The notes under the pieces: generated by a model | Told to the model about the DNA's origin: nothing | Seen by the model: the letters and a program-made list of their open reading frames with translations, nothing else | The model's database searches: none | From: Neoechinorhynchus agilis | Lineage: Eukaryota > Animalia > Acanthocephala | Direction of reading: 5' to 3' | DNA: 64,000 nt | NCBI GenBank assembly: GCA_051530055.1 | Contig: CM121341.1 | Location: 10,146,784-10,210,783 of the forward strand | Shown: positions 12,829 to 26,744 of the stretch, in pieces | How positions within the stretch are numbered: position 1 is the stretch's first letter | How the letters are laid out: each line of letters opens with the position of its first letter | Translations under genes and position numbers: made by a program

Positions 12829-13399
12829 CCCATACACTTCGTATTGTACACTAAGAGGATGCCAGTAAGATTCTTAAAACGCTAAGGAAAGCATTTTGGT
12901 TTAACCAATTAAACGTCTATTTATCAGAAAAGTAAATTTTGTTTATTTGTGCAGGATCGAGATATGAAAGTGCGATTCTAAAGACGAGCTTTTAGAATCA
13001 TTGAAGGTCTTTTTAAAATTTTATCATTGGGAGAGTGGACCGCTGAATTTCGAGTACCAAAATTGCTTTGTTTTTGTTAATCTCACAAACGACTAATTAT
13101 AAAATGAAAAGTTGTGAATGATTTTAAACTTAATTTAGACTAAAGGCTTCGTTGAACTATAAGAATTAAGCACATTATCTGTAAACTCCCGTATATCATC
13201 AGAGTATATTACTAAAATTGCCTATTGTACTATTTTAAACTCAAATTCCAAATACAGCGAGTAAAATCCGAAAATTCATTGTTAATGAATCAGCTCCAAT
13301 GTTTAGATAAAATCGATTTCCACAGGGACGATTAAAGCCAATTCCAAAAACTATTCAATCTTCTCTAAAACCGCTATTTACAAGAAAAATGAGCATATT

Positions 13400-14356
13400 T
13401 TGACGTTCACAACAAGTGCGGAAAAGCATGAGTTATATTCTACACGTTACACCACATCTACAAGAATGAAAAATTCTAAATCGACCGATAGATCAAAACG
13501 AGAGCAAACTGCACAAAAGATATGTCCAAAAATTAAGAATCTAAAGGACGCGATCAAAGACAAAATCCATTACCGAAAAAAGAAAAATCTGCCTGAATTT
13601 ATAACCCGGGATAAAATTAATGCACTGAGTTTACGCGCTGGTTGTTCCGATGAGACGATCCAAGCTTGGCACAGAAACTTTTTGGCAGATTGTCCAGAGG
13701 GCAAACTAACTCGAAAAGTCTTTCTATCGAATTCTGCAATTTTGTATCCTACCCTATGCCCACGATCTTTAATGAATTTATGTAATCGAATATTCGACAC
13801 ATTCGATTCCGATAAATCTGGCTACATTGATTTCGACGAGTTTATTGTTGGAAGTACGTTGGCCAATAATGGGAGTGTAAGAGAGAAACTTCAGTTGGTG
13901 TTTAAACTTTATGACCGGAATCGTGATGGGTACATCACACGAGGAGAACTGAGGAATATGCTAAGGATTTTGTACGAGTTAAACGGGAGAGATATGATGA
14001 ATTTGAGAAGCATGTCCAACGAACTGTTTAATTGTCTTGATATTGATACGGACAGAAAAATATCCCTCGAAGAATTCATTTATGGATGTGAGACTGATCC
14101 ACATATTTGTCATTTATTGGCAAGTTCGCTGCTGCCTACACTTGATTTGAAAAATAAGACAAAAGAAGACGAAGAATTGAGAAGAAGAACGCAAAGCGAT
14201 GGCGCTCTTGGATTAACTTCAATACATACACCTTTGGACGCTCAATCTGTTGGAAAGCTTGCATCAAACGAGTCCTTACAACAAACGATTCGCTCAGGCA
14301 CTCTCGCCAGGATCTCGGGCAAAATTAATCCTTTTCGAAAATCGCAAGGCGGTTGA
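13400..14356 (+). CDS. Neuronal calcium sensor (recoverin/frequenin family) EF-hand protein, intronless
   Basis: FLADCPEGKL, IFDTFDSDKSGYIDFDEF, KLQLVFKLYDRNRDGYITRGE, LDIDTDRKISLEEF. The true start is probably a downstream Met. Confidence 0.9.
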   Translation: MTFTTSAEKHELYSTRYTTSTRMKNSKSTDRSKREQTAQKICPKIKNLKDAIKDKIHYRKKKNLPEFITRDKINALSLRAGCSDETIQAWHRNFLADCPEGKLTRKVFLSNSAILYPTLCPRSLMNLCNRIFDTFDSDKSGYIDFDEFIVGSTLANNGSVREKLQLVFKLYDRNRDGYITRGELRNMLRILYELNGRDMMNLRSMSNELFNCLDIDTDRKISLEEFIYGCETDPHICHLLASSLLPTLDLKNKTKEDEELRRRTQSDGALGLTSIHTPLDAQSVGKLASNESLQQTIRSGTLARISGKINPFRKSQGG

Positions 14357-15179
14357 ATGGTTATCGCTGATATTTATCAACGACAAGAACTTTCGGTGAA
14401 AGTGATTTCTTAAACAAGGGAGTTTTAATAAAACAAAAAGTGCACGTTTATTCCGTGTATTTAAAACTTTTGTTAAATGTCTTTGGGTACGAAAATCATA
14501 TCAAGGATCTAAACCGTACTTCAAATAAAATATTTTATACTTAAGAAAACGACTTAAAGAACGAAGCAGGCGTAACTTACGAGCAAGGGAGTTCAGTTAG
14601 CCCTTTCACAGGCTTTCTAGGAGGTGACAAAATTAAGTTTAAAAAAGTAAACACGCAATAAAGTATGATATTCTGAGCAACTATAGAAGTGGATCCATAG
14701 CTCTTCCAAGGTCGGCAGAAAAAACGTTACCAACTCAAAGAAGAAAAATAAATTGCGATTCTCCTAAATTAAAACCATCCTAAAATACGGCCTATAAACT
14801 GAATTTTAAAGACAAGACGCGATCAAACCCGATTTAGGTAAAAATTTAACATAAAGAAGACAAGAGAATCTCTTCTTTAGTCGGTGGAATCAGAATTCAA
14901 AGATACGCGTTTTTTGTGCGATTCAACTACGAAATCACCGGAGGTATTATCACTTATTAGCACAAAGTGGAAAGCCAAAGTGGCAAAAAGGGAAGACACC
15001 CACGCTCACTAAATTAGCAGTTTTCAAGCTCTTTGTGCTCACGGCCCAAACTTGATATCCGATGACGACCAACCACCCTACCTTAGAAAATCAAAATATG
15101 CATAAGAAAAAATGTTATTCCTGTTCTTGGTAAAATTAATTCTATGGTGTGGTTCCAGCAAAAATTAAAAAACCCGACT

Positions 15180-18100
15180 AAGGAAACAATAACTGGGCAC
15201 CTATAGAATCCATGGATATACAATAACAACACATTTTATTTATACAAACAGAGAAACCATGTACCTCTGAGTCCTCGTGAGCATTCGAGTTCTGATTTGT
15301 CAAACCAGTGTGATTGTTTATTTTGAAGAGGAATGCGGCTTTGGCCGGATGAGAATATCCGGTCGGGAGATGTCCGTCGGGGTGGGAATTGGTGCTTATT
15401 GTTTGTGAGAGATTTATTTGATTTTGGTTGGTAAGGCGCTTTGAGTGCTTTTGAAAGATTAGAGAGAGGTGTTCTTCTAGGGGTAGGAGTTCGGAGGAGC
15501 AGATTAGAGCGCACTTCTTGTGCAATGTATTAAGTTTTTTGAATAGATTAGAGGAAAACTTGCAGAAAGTAGGATATGTGCGTAGGTGAGCGTTGGTAGG
15601 ATGGCGGTGTTATAAACGCATTTAAGATCTTTGGATGATAATCCAAGGAATCGGAGGCGCTTAAGAAGATAGAGCTTAATGGACCCTTTGCGCAACGAAA
15701 TTAATAATAACACGTTTTTTTTATCACCACACACCCAAACAAGCACGGGAACTATGTATCTTTGGATTCGTGCTGTTTGATTGGGACTGAATTCGGAATG
15801 AGCTGCAAATCGTCGCGTGTGCATGAGCCTTTCCTCCGATTCAGGCCGTAGATTCATGGGTTGATTGTGCAATGGCAAAAAATGATTTTTTATATAGTGC
15901 GGTGCGAGGGAGAGGCGAATTGAATCTGTTCGGACATCGCGTATTTCGGACGGGTTCCCTTGGCGAGATGAACGGGAGAAATTTGAATAGAAGGGAACGC
16001 AGGGAGGTCATGTATTTGTCGAAGATTTTGGAAAGGTGTTCTTCGATTGGTGGGAGGTCCTTGGAGCAAATTTTGCAAGCTCGTTTATTTAGAGAGGAAA
16101 GCAAGCGCAGTTGATGGGTGGATAAATTGCAAAAGGTTGGATATGCATATGAGATTGCAGGGACCACAACGGACCAATAGAAATGTGCTAGATCGCGTGG
16201 GCTGACTCCGAGGCAACGCAAGCGCTTGATTAAATGCAATTTAGCAGTGGCTTTTGTTACGATGGCATTAATGTGAATGTCCATTTGAGGTTGTGTTGGA
16301 AGATTAGACCCAGAATGCGAAGCGATGTGACGCGTTGGATATCGAGAGGGAGCGGTGGAATATCAGTCCTAGGTTTTCGAAGCGACAGTGGTGGAAAAAT
16401 ATTTAAGATTTTCAATCTCTGCGGACGTGAGGCTGAGCGAGAGTGATGGAGGAGCATGGGTTATGATGGTTAGGTCGTCCGCATAAAAGAAATATTTGGC
16501 GGACGTTGAGAGGAGTGTAAGGTCGTTGAGGAAAATATCGAAAAGTAAGGGCGATAGTACTGCTCCTTGTGGCACGCCGCAATGTATGGGAAGCGTCGTT
16601 GAGTCGATATTTCCGCATTGAAAATATTGCGACCGGTTTGCGAGGAAAGAAGTGGGCCAACTTATTTGCCAGGGTAAGAAGCCAAATTTCTCACAGAGCT
16701 TAAGGAGAAGATTGTGATCTACAGAGTCAAATACCTTGGCAAAATCCACCTGGATGAGGCGACAAACGAAAGACGGTTCTTGGTCAAGATTGCGCAGGAT
16801 CGAATCGCAAATGCACAAGAGGGCGTCGGTGCAACGGAATCCTGGCCGGAAGCCGAATTGGATCGACGAAATGTTTTGTAAGAAGATGGGGAGGATGCGA
16901 GTTTTGAAACATTTTTATAAATTTTAGAAAACGGCGAGAGTAGAGAGATAGGGCGAAAGGAAGTCATAGAAACGGGTTTACCCGCCTTGGGGATAGGAAT
17001 GACGTGAGCGGTCTTCAGGCAATCTGGAAAAATCCCCGTTTCAAAGCTAGAATTGATGATATGAGCTAGATGCTCAAAGATCAAGGAAATGATGATGCGA
17101 ATGGCCCAGTTGGGAATCGGAGCGTTAGGGGATGATGTACGTGGTAGTTTTTTGAGGAGTAGGAGAACCTCAAGAGAGGAGACGCGTGAATGAGGAACAC
17201 AGGACCTATGGTTGCGATCGTCGCAGGGGAGTACGACGCTCGTGTCAGTGGAAGATTTGGGAGGGCACATGGTAGCGTTCATCGAGTAGAGTGTTTTCGA
17301 GCTGACATTTATACAGATTGGCGAAAGGCTGAGATCTGTGAAGGCCTATGGCATTTTTGATCTCGCTCCACCAGGAACGATTAGGGGGTGACGGTAGTTT
17401 GGAAAAAAGGAAAGTTTTGCGAGCGTGAAGAAGACGCTCAGTGAATCTCTTGTGGAGTTCTGGGTGTGCTTGTCACACTTTAGATTTTCCTGAAAATCAA
17501 GTATACGATTAGAGGAGACACGATTGATAGAGAAAGGAAGAAGTGGCTGATCGGAAGGGCTATTTGAGATTGAGGGGACGATTTCGAAGCACTGCTTGAT
17601 CGTGAGAATTGCCGTTTAAAGTAATTTAGATTGAGAGGGGAGCCGGTGCATGCGCAATGATTGTCAGATCATCAGCATACAGTAAGTATTTAGAATAAGA
17701 AGAGGATGGAAGAAGATCGTTCAGGAAAATGTTGGAAAGAATGAGGGAGAGAACAGCTCCTTGGGGAACTCCCTAGTTGATTGCTAAGGTGCTCGAGGCG
17801 ATGCTCCCTATTGGCGTCCGTACAAGAAGCCCGACCGGAAACGGAATTGAATAAGTGCAATTTTTCGATTGAGGATTGCAGAGGGTGTACCTTAAAGCAT
17901 CTCTGTAAGACTTCAGAGAAGGAAGGTAAGATAGAGATGGAGCAGGGTTACCCGAGCTGTTTTAAGGCAATTAGGAAAGATTCCAGTAATGAAACTTTGG
18001 TTGATTATTGGGGTAAGTGGACCAATAAAATCTGGAATGATAAAGCGTAGAGCCCAGTTGGGAAACGGAGAGTTAGGGGAAGATTTGCGGGTGGTGTAGA

Positions 18101-18200
18101 TCTGGAAATTAATGACGATTTGTTTTATGTTCGAGTGAGAGTCACAAAGTTCGGCAACGATAGAGTTTAGTGTCAGTATTAAATTTTAGTTTGTCCCTTA
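15180..18200 (-). mobile_element. CR1/L2-like LINE, degraded
   Basis: VDFAKVFDSVDH, GVPQGAVLSPLLFDIFLNDL, FFYADDLT, FPDCLKTAHVIPIPK..RPISLLS; many stops and frameshifts. Confidence 0.85.
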
Positions 18201-18969
18201 TACCCGGCTTATTTTTTAGGCAAAAAGCCAAACCAATCGCATCAGAGAAGTTATATAACCGCATAGTCTCTAATGCACGGTAAAAATGTTAACTGAAAAT
18301 ATGTCCGTTCAGCTTTGTTGAATTCTTCCGGCTATATGACCTCACATTCCGCATAAACAATTTTAAATGTGCGTTTTTTACGTAGGCTGGGCGGAGGGTT
18401 TCGTGGTTTTATAGCTTTAGAATTATTCTAGAGAAGATGTTCATCTTCATATTTTTTTGTTTGGTGATCGACTTCCTCAAGTCTAAGTGACTGACGAGAC
18501 TGAAAATTAATTTCTAGAGTTTAATTGTAAAGAAAATGTTCATCTTCATATTTTTTGTTTGATGATCGACTTCCTCAGGTCTAAAAAGCCGACGAGACTG
18601 AAAATTAATTTATAGTTCTATGTGTTTTTGGTGATCATCTGAAGTAGACTTTGTTTTATACTCTGGCTGGTCTACGTGATAAAATAGCTTTTCACGTCTT
18701 TTTTTGGATTGTTTTGTGATGGAGGACTGAATTTGATCGGTCTCTAATCTCCTCAATACTTTTTTCTTAAAATTACTTTTGAGAATTAAGCATTTCTTTT
18801 TGTTGATTTCTGTCATTTTGCTAAAAAAAAGACAACGTTATTTTCCAATTTAAAACAACTTTGATTTCGTCATTTCTTTGTTTTAGACTAATAGTTATTC
18901 TTTCGCGCGCAGTCAATTCTCGCTTCAAAATTAGTCTTTATTTCCATATTCTCTCTCCCGACAGGACCG

Positions 18970-21900
18970 ATGCTCAATTTATTGCGGCGTTTCTGTAGTA
19001 TTGGAAGTTCAGGTTTGATTTGGTCGGGTTTGGCAAGACGAACTTTCACATGAATGCGTTAGAGAGCGAGAGTACACTTTTATCGTTTATTTTAGACACG
19101 ATGAACACGAAATCGGCCTTGCTCACTTTGTTTTCAATACTAGGTTTCAGATTGGCGATGGAGAACGAGAGAGGTTTTAAAAGACTTCCAAAATATATTC
19201 GGCCAATCAATTACGAGTTGACGTTCAGACCTGATCTCGAGAAGCACACATTTGAAGGACACGCTAAAATCAAATTTACCATAGATCATAATGAGCCACT
19301 TAAAGCGTTTGAATTATACTCAAGTGATCTTGATATTCGAAATGTTCTACTTGACCAAATGAACGTCGCTTATTCAGCTGAACCAAAAGAAGAACGAATC
19401 AAAATTGAACCGAAACGTGAACTATCAAGTGGAAACTATACGCTTGATATTGAATTCAGCGGACTTTTGAACGATAAAATGCACGGTTTCTATAGGAGCA
19501 CTTATCAACGAGAAGGAAAACAGTATACGCTTGCATCCACTCAATTCGAACCAGCTTATGCTAGAAAAGCCTTTCCGTGTTGGGATGAACCGAGTTTTAA
19601 AGCTACGTTTGATGTTACTATAGAAGCTCCAAAGGATCTTACACCGATGCTCATATATTCTAATGGCAACGGGGAAAATCGCATGTTTTTTCCAAATTAA
19701 TTTCGAAATTATCATTGATTTCGTTATATCCGTCCACCTCCAGAAAGTTATTGTTGAAAAGAGAAATCGTTCATCTTTTTTTGGTCATTTATAGAGAGAT
19801 TAATTTATTATTATTGATTTCCTTTTTTTCACACAATATTTCGCCCGTCTCATTTGACTTCCTAAGGTCTAAAAGTCTCGACGATACGGTTGAAATATTG
19901 TGTGAAAAAGGGAATCAATAATAGTAAATTAATCTCTCTATAAATGACCAAAAACGAAATAACTTCTTTACAATAATTATTTACCAATTTTTGGGTTTTC
20001 GGTTATCCAAAAAAATCAAGCGACGTTCTCCTATATTGTAAAGAAGTTATTTCGTTTTTGGTCATTTATAAAGATTAATTTATTAGTTCTCTTCTATAAA
20101 CAATATTTCGTCCGTCTCATTTGACTTCCTAAGGTCTAAAACTCTCGACGATACGGACGAAATATTGTGTGAAAAAAGAGAATCAATAATAGTAAATTAA
20201 TCTCTCTCTATAAATGACCAAAAACGAAATAACTTCTTTACAGTAATTCTTTACCAATTTTTGGGTTTTCGGTTATCCTAAAAATATCTCGTATCCGAAT
20301 GGTGCATCAATTAATTTGTGGATAAACGACGTTCTCCTGTATTGTCAATTGAAAACACCACAACTCCGATTCTTGTAAAGCGAAGTTTTTTTGTGGATTT
20401 ATTTCGTTTTTAGTGATATAGAAATTTATTCGCTGTCACACAATATTTCGAGCGTCTCGTCGGACTTCTTCAAGTCTAAAAGGTAGGTCATTAATCCCTA
20501 TATCACCAAAGAAAATTTTTAAAAGTTATCCATTGATTGCTTTTGGTCAGGCGAAGTAAATAAAATTTATAATTTTGGTTAACACAATCCCTTGCCGAAG
20601 GATTTTCTCTGTCGATGATTAATAAAATACCGAAGACAATAAAAGAATTAATCGTATTGAGTAAATTTTCACATCAATCGAATTGCACTGGGGATTTCCT
20701 TATTTGGAAGCAATGGGAATTCAGGATCTCCCATTGTCTAGATTGACTAGAATTCGTTTAGATTAAAGAGCAACGTTTCAATGCATTCTAGTCCCTAAAG
20801 TACGTTCACTTTTTTAAGTCTTAGAAATATGAGCTCATACGGTCCTCTCAAACATGCCGGTTGCCTCTCAGCACAATATATCTGAAACTCTTAAATCCGT
20901 TAATTTCGTCCGTTCTCCAATCATGAGCACATATTTGCTGGCCTTCGTAGTCGGTCCGCTTGAATACATTGAAGGCAAGGACTCAAACGGAGTAGTTGTT
21001 CGTGTTTACACTCCAATCGGAAACTCAAAGCAAGGAGAATTTGCTTTGACTGTCGCATGCAAGACCCTGCCTTACTACGCAGACTATTTTGGAATCACCT
21101 ACCAACTTCCTAAACTTGATCTCGTGGCTGTACCGGATTTCGCTGCTGGAGCAATGGAGAACTGGGGTCTTGTGACCTATAGAGAAACAGCAGTCCTAAT
21201 TGATCCGGACAATAGTGCTGCTTCGACAAAGCAATATGTTGCTTTGGTCGTAGCTCATGAACTGGCTCACCAATGGTTCGGGAACTTGGTTACCATGGAC
21301 TGGTGGACCGATCTTTGGCTAAACGAAGGCTTCGCTTCGTGGATCGAATACTTAGCAGTGGATGCTCTCTTTCCTGAACTTAATATCTGGACGCAGTTTG
21401 TGTTCTTGGATTTAAAAACGGCGCAAAACCTGGACGCTCTCGCCAATAGTCATCCAATTGAAGTAGAAATTGTAAGACCTAACGACGTGGAAGAGATTTT
21501 TGATAGTATCAGTTACAGTAAAGGCGCAACTGTTATTCGTATGCTTCATGACTATCTGGGTGATAAAGCCTTCAAAAAAGGACTTCAATCTTATCTTCAA
21601 AAATTTAAATTTAGAAATGCAGAGACTCGAGATCTATGGATAAGTTTAACTGAGGCGAGCGATGGAATAGACGTAGCTAAATTGATGCATTCGTGGACTA
21701 GCCAAATGGGGTTTCCTTTAGTGAATGTAAAATCCTCAAACCGAATCGACAATGACACAATCAATGTTACTTTGACCCAGTCGCGATACCTTGCCGATGG
21801 TTCTCATGATTCAGAGTATCCTTTGTGGTATGTGCCAATCACTGTATGGTTCTCTGATGAGCGAACCGTACGGTTTCTCCTGACGGAAAGAGAACAGTCG

Positions 21901-23266
21901 TTTCAAGTGAAGGCGCCCCTTGGCGCTTGGTTTAAATTGAACGCGGATTACAGTGGAATGTACGTTACTGCATATCCTCAGGACGTTCTGGAAACACATT
22001 TAGAGAAGGTTGGTACACTCAAGAGTGTGTTGGATCGATTTAATCTTCAAACGGATTTGTTTTCACTTTGTATGTCCGGCGATTATGGGCTGGCTGAATA
22101 TCTGAAGCTCGTGCGAACGCTGGCTACGACTGAAACCGACTTTACAGTCTGGAGGGATATAGAAACAAACATCAATTACATCGGAAATATGATTGGTGAA
22201 ATGGAATATTTATCGCAGTGAATCTGATCGCTAAATTGTCATTTTTATACCAAGACTTTCCGAAAGAGAAGTCAAAAATCATGCATTTGGGCATTCATTT
22301 GTTTTATCTAATGACGAGAAAACATGTTGTTTGTTAAATAATCTAGGAAGAAAAACCTAGAACACTTTGTCGAATTTTGTGATTTGCTGGAATATAGATT
22401 TAGCAAAAACTTTAAAACTTTTTCTTTCATTAAAGTGGTTAGACCCGAATTCCTTGTTTATTTTTACGATCGAATTCACTGCTCTAGATGGTTTAGAAGA
22501 TAAGGAAGTTACGGCAAACTTGGATTGTTTTAAGCAAAATTCATTTGATTACATTTACAAGGAGCTGGGTTTTGTTCGTAAAAACGACAGCGAATCTGAT
22601 TTAACAGCAATGTTGCGTGTTATGATCATAAAGTCATTGGGTCTCTCAGGAGAAGTGGAAGTGATTAAGTTCTGCACGGAGCAGTTCGTTCAGGCAACAC
22701 AATCAGGCGTACATAAACTCGATCCCAATCTCCGACTGGCAATTTATGTAGTAACTGCGTCTCGTCACGGAGTTGAACTATTCGATGATTTTATTCGGTT
22801 ACATCAGAACTGTGAGTTGTCCGAAGAGAAAAATCGATTGTTGGCTGCCATGGGTCAACTAAAAGGTCAAGATGCAAAAGAACGCGTTTTGGAGTACATA
22901 ATGAGTCCAAACGTACGGTACCAAGACGTCATTTATGGATTCCAATCAGTAGCGAATTCAGATCCAATTGGACGGCGGGCCACTTGGAAGTTCTTTATTC
23001 AACATTTTGATGCCATAATGGAGCGGTACAAAGAAAGTTCGATGATGGGATCAATCATTAAACGATCATTCGGATTGTTCTTTGACGACGTAAGTGCAAA
23101 CGAAATCAATGCGTTCTTTAAGGACCATCCCGTTCCAATCGCTGAACGGGCCATTGAGCAAATGATTGAAGGAATCGTAACTAATGGTAAAGTGCTTGAA
23201 CGGAATAGACGATCAATTACTGATTTTCTTAAATCCGTGAGGAGCAATAACAAAGACGAACTTTAA
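18970..23266 (+). CDS. NPEPPS: Puromycin-sensitive M1 aminopeptidase; exons about 18970-19012, 19144-19642, 20841-~22195/22214, ~22483/22497-23266
   Basis: RLPKYIRPINY, TQFEPAYARKAFPCWDEP, GAMENWGL, HELAHQW-18x-E, YSKG. Canonical intron 19013-19143 follows a presequence-like N-terminus MLNLLRRFCS. Confidence 0.95.
19777..20238. repeat. Two foldback elements of family 4 (19777-19954, 20041-20238) inside the NPEPPS intervening sequence; related pieces at 18440-18610 and 20430-20480
   Basis: Arms of about 60 bp TTTTGGTCATTTATAG.../...CTATAAATGACCAAAA around a shared core GACTTCCTAAGGTCTAAAA. Confidence 0.85.
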
Positions 23267-24967
23267 GAGAATTGGCACAAAAACAACTAATTAAACTGGT
23301 TTACTTTACGAAATGGCACCCACAGGTATATTCGTTATTTGATGGAGTTAATAAGGCTCTTAAAACCATGAAATGATTGCTGCCTTAGTCTGACACACAC
23401 AAAATCAATGTAGGTTGTTTCTCAATTAGTATTTAAACGGATTTAGAAAAAAAGTTGATTTGTTAATCATTAGTAATTCATTGTTATAAGCTCTTCTCGT
23501 GGTAGTAGACTTAGTGCTCTAAGAAATGTTCATAATTACTGAATTGACTTATTCTTTTTGGATTGTGAAAATTCGAGTTAAACTGTAATTAAACAATAGG
23601 TTGTAATTATGATCAATAGGATTACTTAAATAAAATATTATTAGTATCCTCTCAAATGTCCTCTGAAATTTTATACAGTTGCTCGATTGGAAGCGAAGGG
23701 AGTAACTCGTAAATCGAACGAAAAAATGGAGGAAGCAAATGCAGCTATAACTAATTGAGTTTTCGTCGAACATTTTAAGGTTGAATTTCAAAAATTATAC
23801 AGGTTTAAAAAAATTTTTGAAAATAAACTCGAAGGTTGCAATCTATAAGAATATTTAAGAAAAATCCGATTTTAAACAATTACAAAATTTCCTTCATGAT
23901 AACATTCGGGTGAAAAGTAATCCTTTTGTGGCGACAAAATTGTTTTAGATAATACAAGCAATTCGATGCAAGTGCATTTAATGCATCCGAGTTGTTAATG
24001 ATAATTTTGATTCTTGAAATTATTCTGATTAATTTACGATTGCGTGTGTTTTTTAGGACCCCGAAAAAGGAGTAAAATTCCGAAATATCGGTGTCAACAA
24101 TGAAAACATTTGTCTTCAACTGCGTAAATTGCTAAAATTAGGACTATCGAAAAAATTTAGAATTTATTTGAAAATTTCGGAATATTACGGTCGACCTGAT
24201 ACGACAAATGATCTTCGAAGCAATTGAATTAGCTCCTGAAATGAAAAATCAAAACCTTTCATTTAACACTTTTTAAGGGAATTTTCTTAACAAAAAGAGT
24301 TCGAAAAGCATTTATGCCAGTGCTGTGGATCACACAGCTGCCGTCTTGGTGTAATTCTGGACGACTAAAATGAATTGCATTCGTTTATTTGACTGTTGCT
24401 GAGCGGTCTTTGCAACTTTTTAAAAGTCGCAAATAGTTTCCTTACAAAAACTCATATGTGTTGTTCACTTAAAGATGCACCTATTCGATTTGTAGATAAT
24501 TTATCATCGAGAGAGAAAATCCTTTGGAGTGATGGCGTTAGAGATGTGGTTGAGATATTTCGAATAGAGAAAGCCTCCCATACAAAACAATCAAAATCTT
24601 TTTAGATGTGTGATTAGGCGAGGTTACATTTTCTTTAAAGTTTTTATTCTGTTCACTTTTCTTTAAGAAAAACATGGGTTTTTCATTCAACAAAGATTGT
24701 TCGAAAACCATCCACTCCACCGCTCGGGATCACTCATTAATGTTCGAAAGGATTTATCGCAGCCAAGCTTATTTTTTGCAAGAGATCAGTTATTCGTCTC
24801 AATCTCTTGGGCAATCAATTGACTAGGTCCTGAGCAGTGGTACTAAACGATCCGAAATGCTCGACTCCAAAAGGAACGAAATAATGATTTCAACCAAGGT
24901 CCCTCCCTGTATTTGGTCCATTGCGATCCTTCTTAACGTAAATTTTAAGACATCTCACGTTTTTAAG

Positions 24968-26512
24968 ATGCTTTCGGCTAGGATAAAGCGACTATTGATA
25001 TTCGGTGGATTAGGCGCTATATCAGGCAGTTTCATATACGACCGAATATCACGGAAAATCGAAGATTCCACTTATTTTGAAATGATGCAGGATCTTTATG
25101 ATACGAAATCCTTTACCGGTCGGAATCTTTGTGTCCAACTCGTAATCGATGACAGTGTTCTCGACAATAGGAAAAAGAGGAAAACCTACAGGAAATTCGT
25201 TGAGTTTTTGGAAGCGAGCCTTGTTGAGATGGATAGGAAATGCACTAGTGAAGTCATAACATCGGAATTTTCGGAGAAATTACGAAACAAACCGGGTCTT
25301 GGAGATGATCTTCTTTTGTATCTTATGAATTCCGAGTCGTCTTTGTCTGAAGTAATTCGAGCTATGTATGCAAAAGTTCCGCCGAAAATATTGGTGATCA
25401 ATACGGATATGTTTTTGCTTAATCGCAGCGAACAGACAAGAACGTGTTTTGAACTTACAAATCGGTGTCTTGGAAGTGGTTGACTGCCGTTGTGGATTTG
25501 TGGGAAAATAGGAGAAAAATTTAATCTGAAAAAATCGTGGTCTTAGTCCGAAATCATACATCTGTTCATTGAAAGAAAAACCCGTGAATAATTGCTCTTC
25601 AAAAAAATTATTTTACCAAAATAATTTGAAAAGCTATTTTTTCAAAAAAATATGTTCTTTATAGCGGATTTTTTTATTCGCGGTACATTCAAGTGCGTGC
25701 CGAAATATCGGAGGTAATAAACTACTTGAATTTCCCGCCATAAAAAACATGAATAATTAAATCTTAAAACAAAATTTTATCTTATCGCATTGCCATAACC
25801 CGATTGAATTATTTATATTTTTTAACAGTTCTTCTCTGTGAGCCAGAGACTTTCAGCATTGAACCTACAGCATTTTTTGGGTCAAGCCATAAACTTATAA
25901 CTCAAAAACAATCTCGAATCATCTCGATTACGGAGATTGCTGGCATATAACACCGACGATGCTTTTATATTCCACGCCGGACTTAAATTGAACTTTGATG
26001 ACCATAGATTGATAACCATCAAAAAGAAGAATACCAGTGAGCCAGAGAAAGTTTGCCTGGACACGGAAAGTATAAACATATTAATTGAAGAATTAAAGGA
26101 GGAGGAATCACTCAACGAAGCTAAAATGGAACTGCAGGAGTTCGTAGATGTGGGTAATAACCACAGGTGTTCCACGGATGAAAAACAGTCGATTTTTATG
26201 TGGCTCCTTTCTCCACTCAATTATATTTTACCTTTAACAGCAAGAAATGGAGATTGTTGTCATCAGTGGAATAGCGTTCACGTGTTCAAACCAGGCGATA
26301 GGCTCTCATTTACACTCGAGGAAGGCATGATTTTAGCGGATTGCTTTAGTGACCAAAAAGTTCATTCTGGTAAATTCCGATTAGTCCTCAATGGTTATGA
26401 CTTCGACAATAAAACTAAGGAGAAAACAATTGTTATAAAACGAAAAGAAACCAATGGTTGTGAACTGATTGTGTCTGCAGATGATCACGTTCTTGTGGGG
26501 AGCATCCCGTAG
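24968..26512 (+). CDS. Uncharacterised multi-exon gene with N-terminal membrane anchor, possibly a divergent AGK/Tim54-like protein
   Basis: ORFs 24968-25483 and 25937-26512; KRLLIFGGLGAISGSFIYDR resembles the Tim54/AGK anchor. Similarity judged by eye only. Confidence 0.3.
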
Positions 26513-26744
26513 ATTTAAACAATTTGAGAGTAGTGTGCATTGAGGTTAAGTCCCGTAAAAAGATTCACGTCTAATCAAGAGACTTCAGAACCTTCATATT
26601 GAGTCGTCAATAATTGGAATTTATTGGTCATTGAAAAAAATCGCATTTAAAAAAAACTTCTTGATTTAGGTGATTATTGCTAAAACAGAGCGCTATGGTG
26701 TGTGCATTTTCGAATTAAATTTTGCACAATAAAAAAATGCAATC

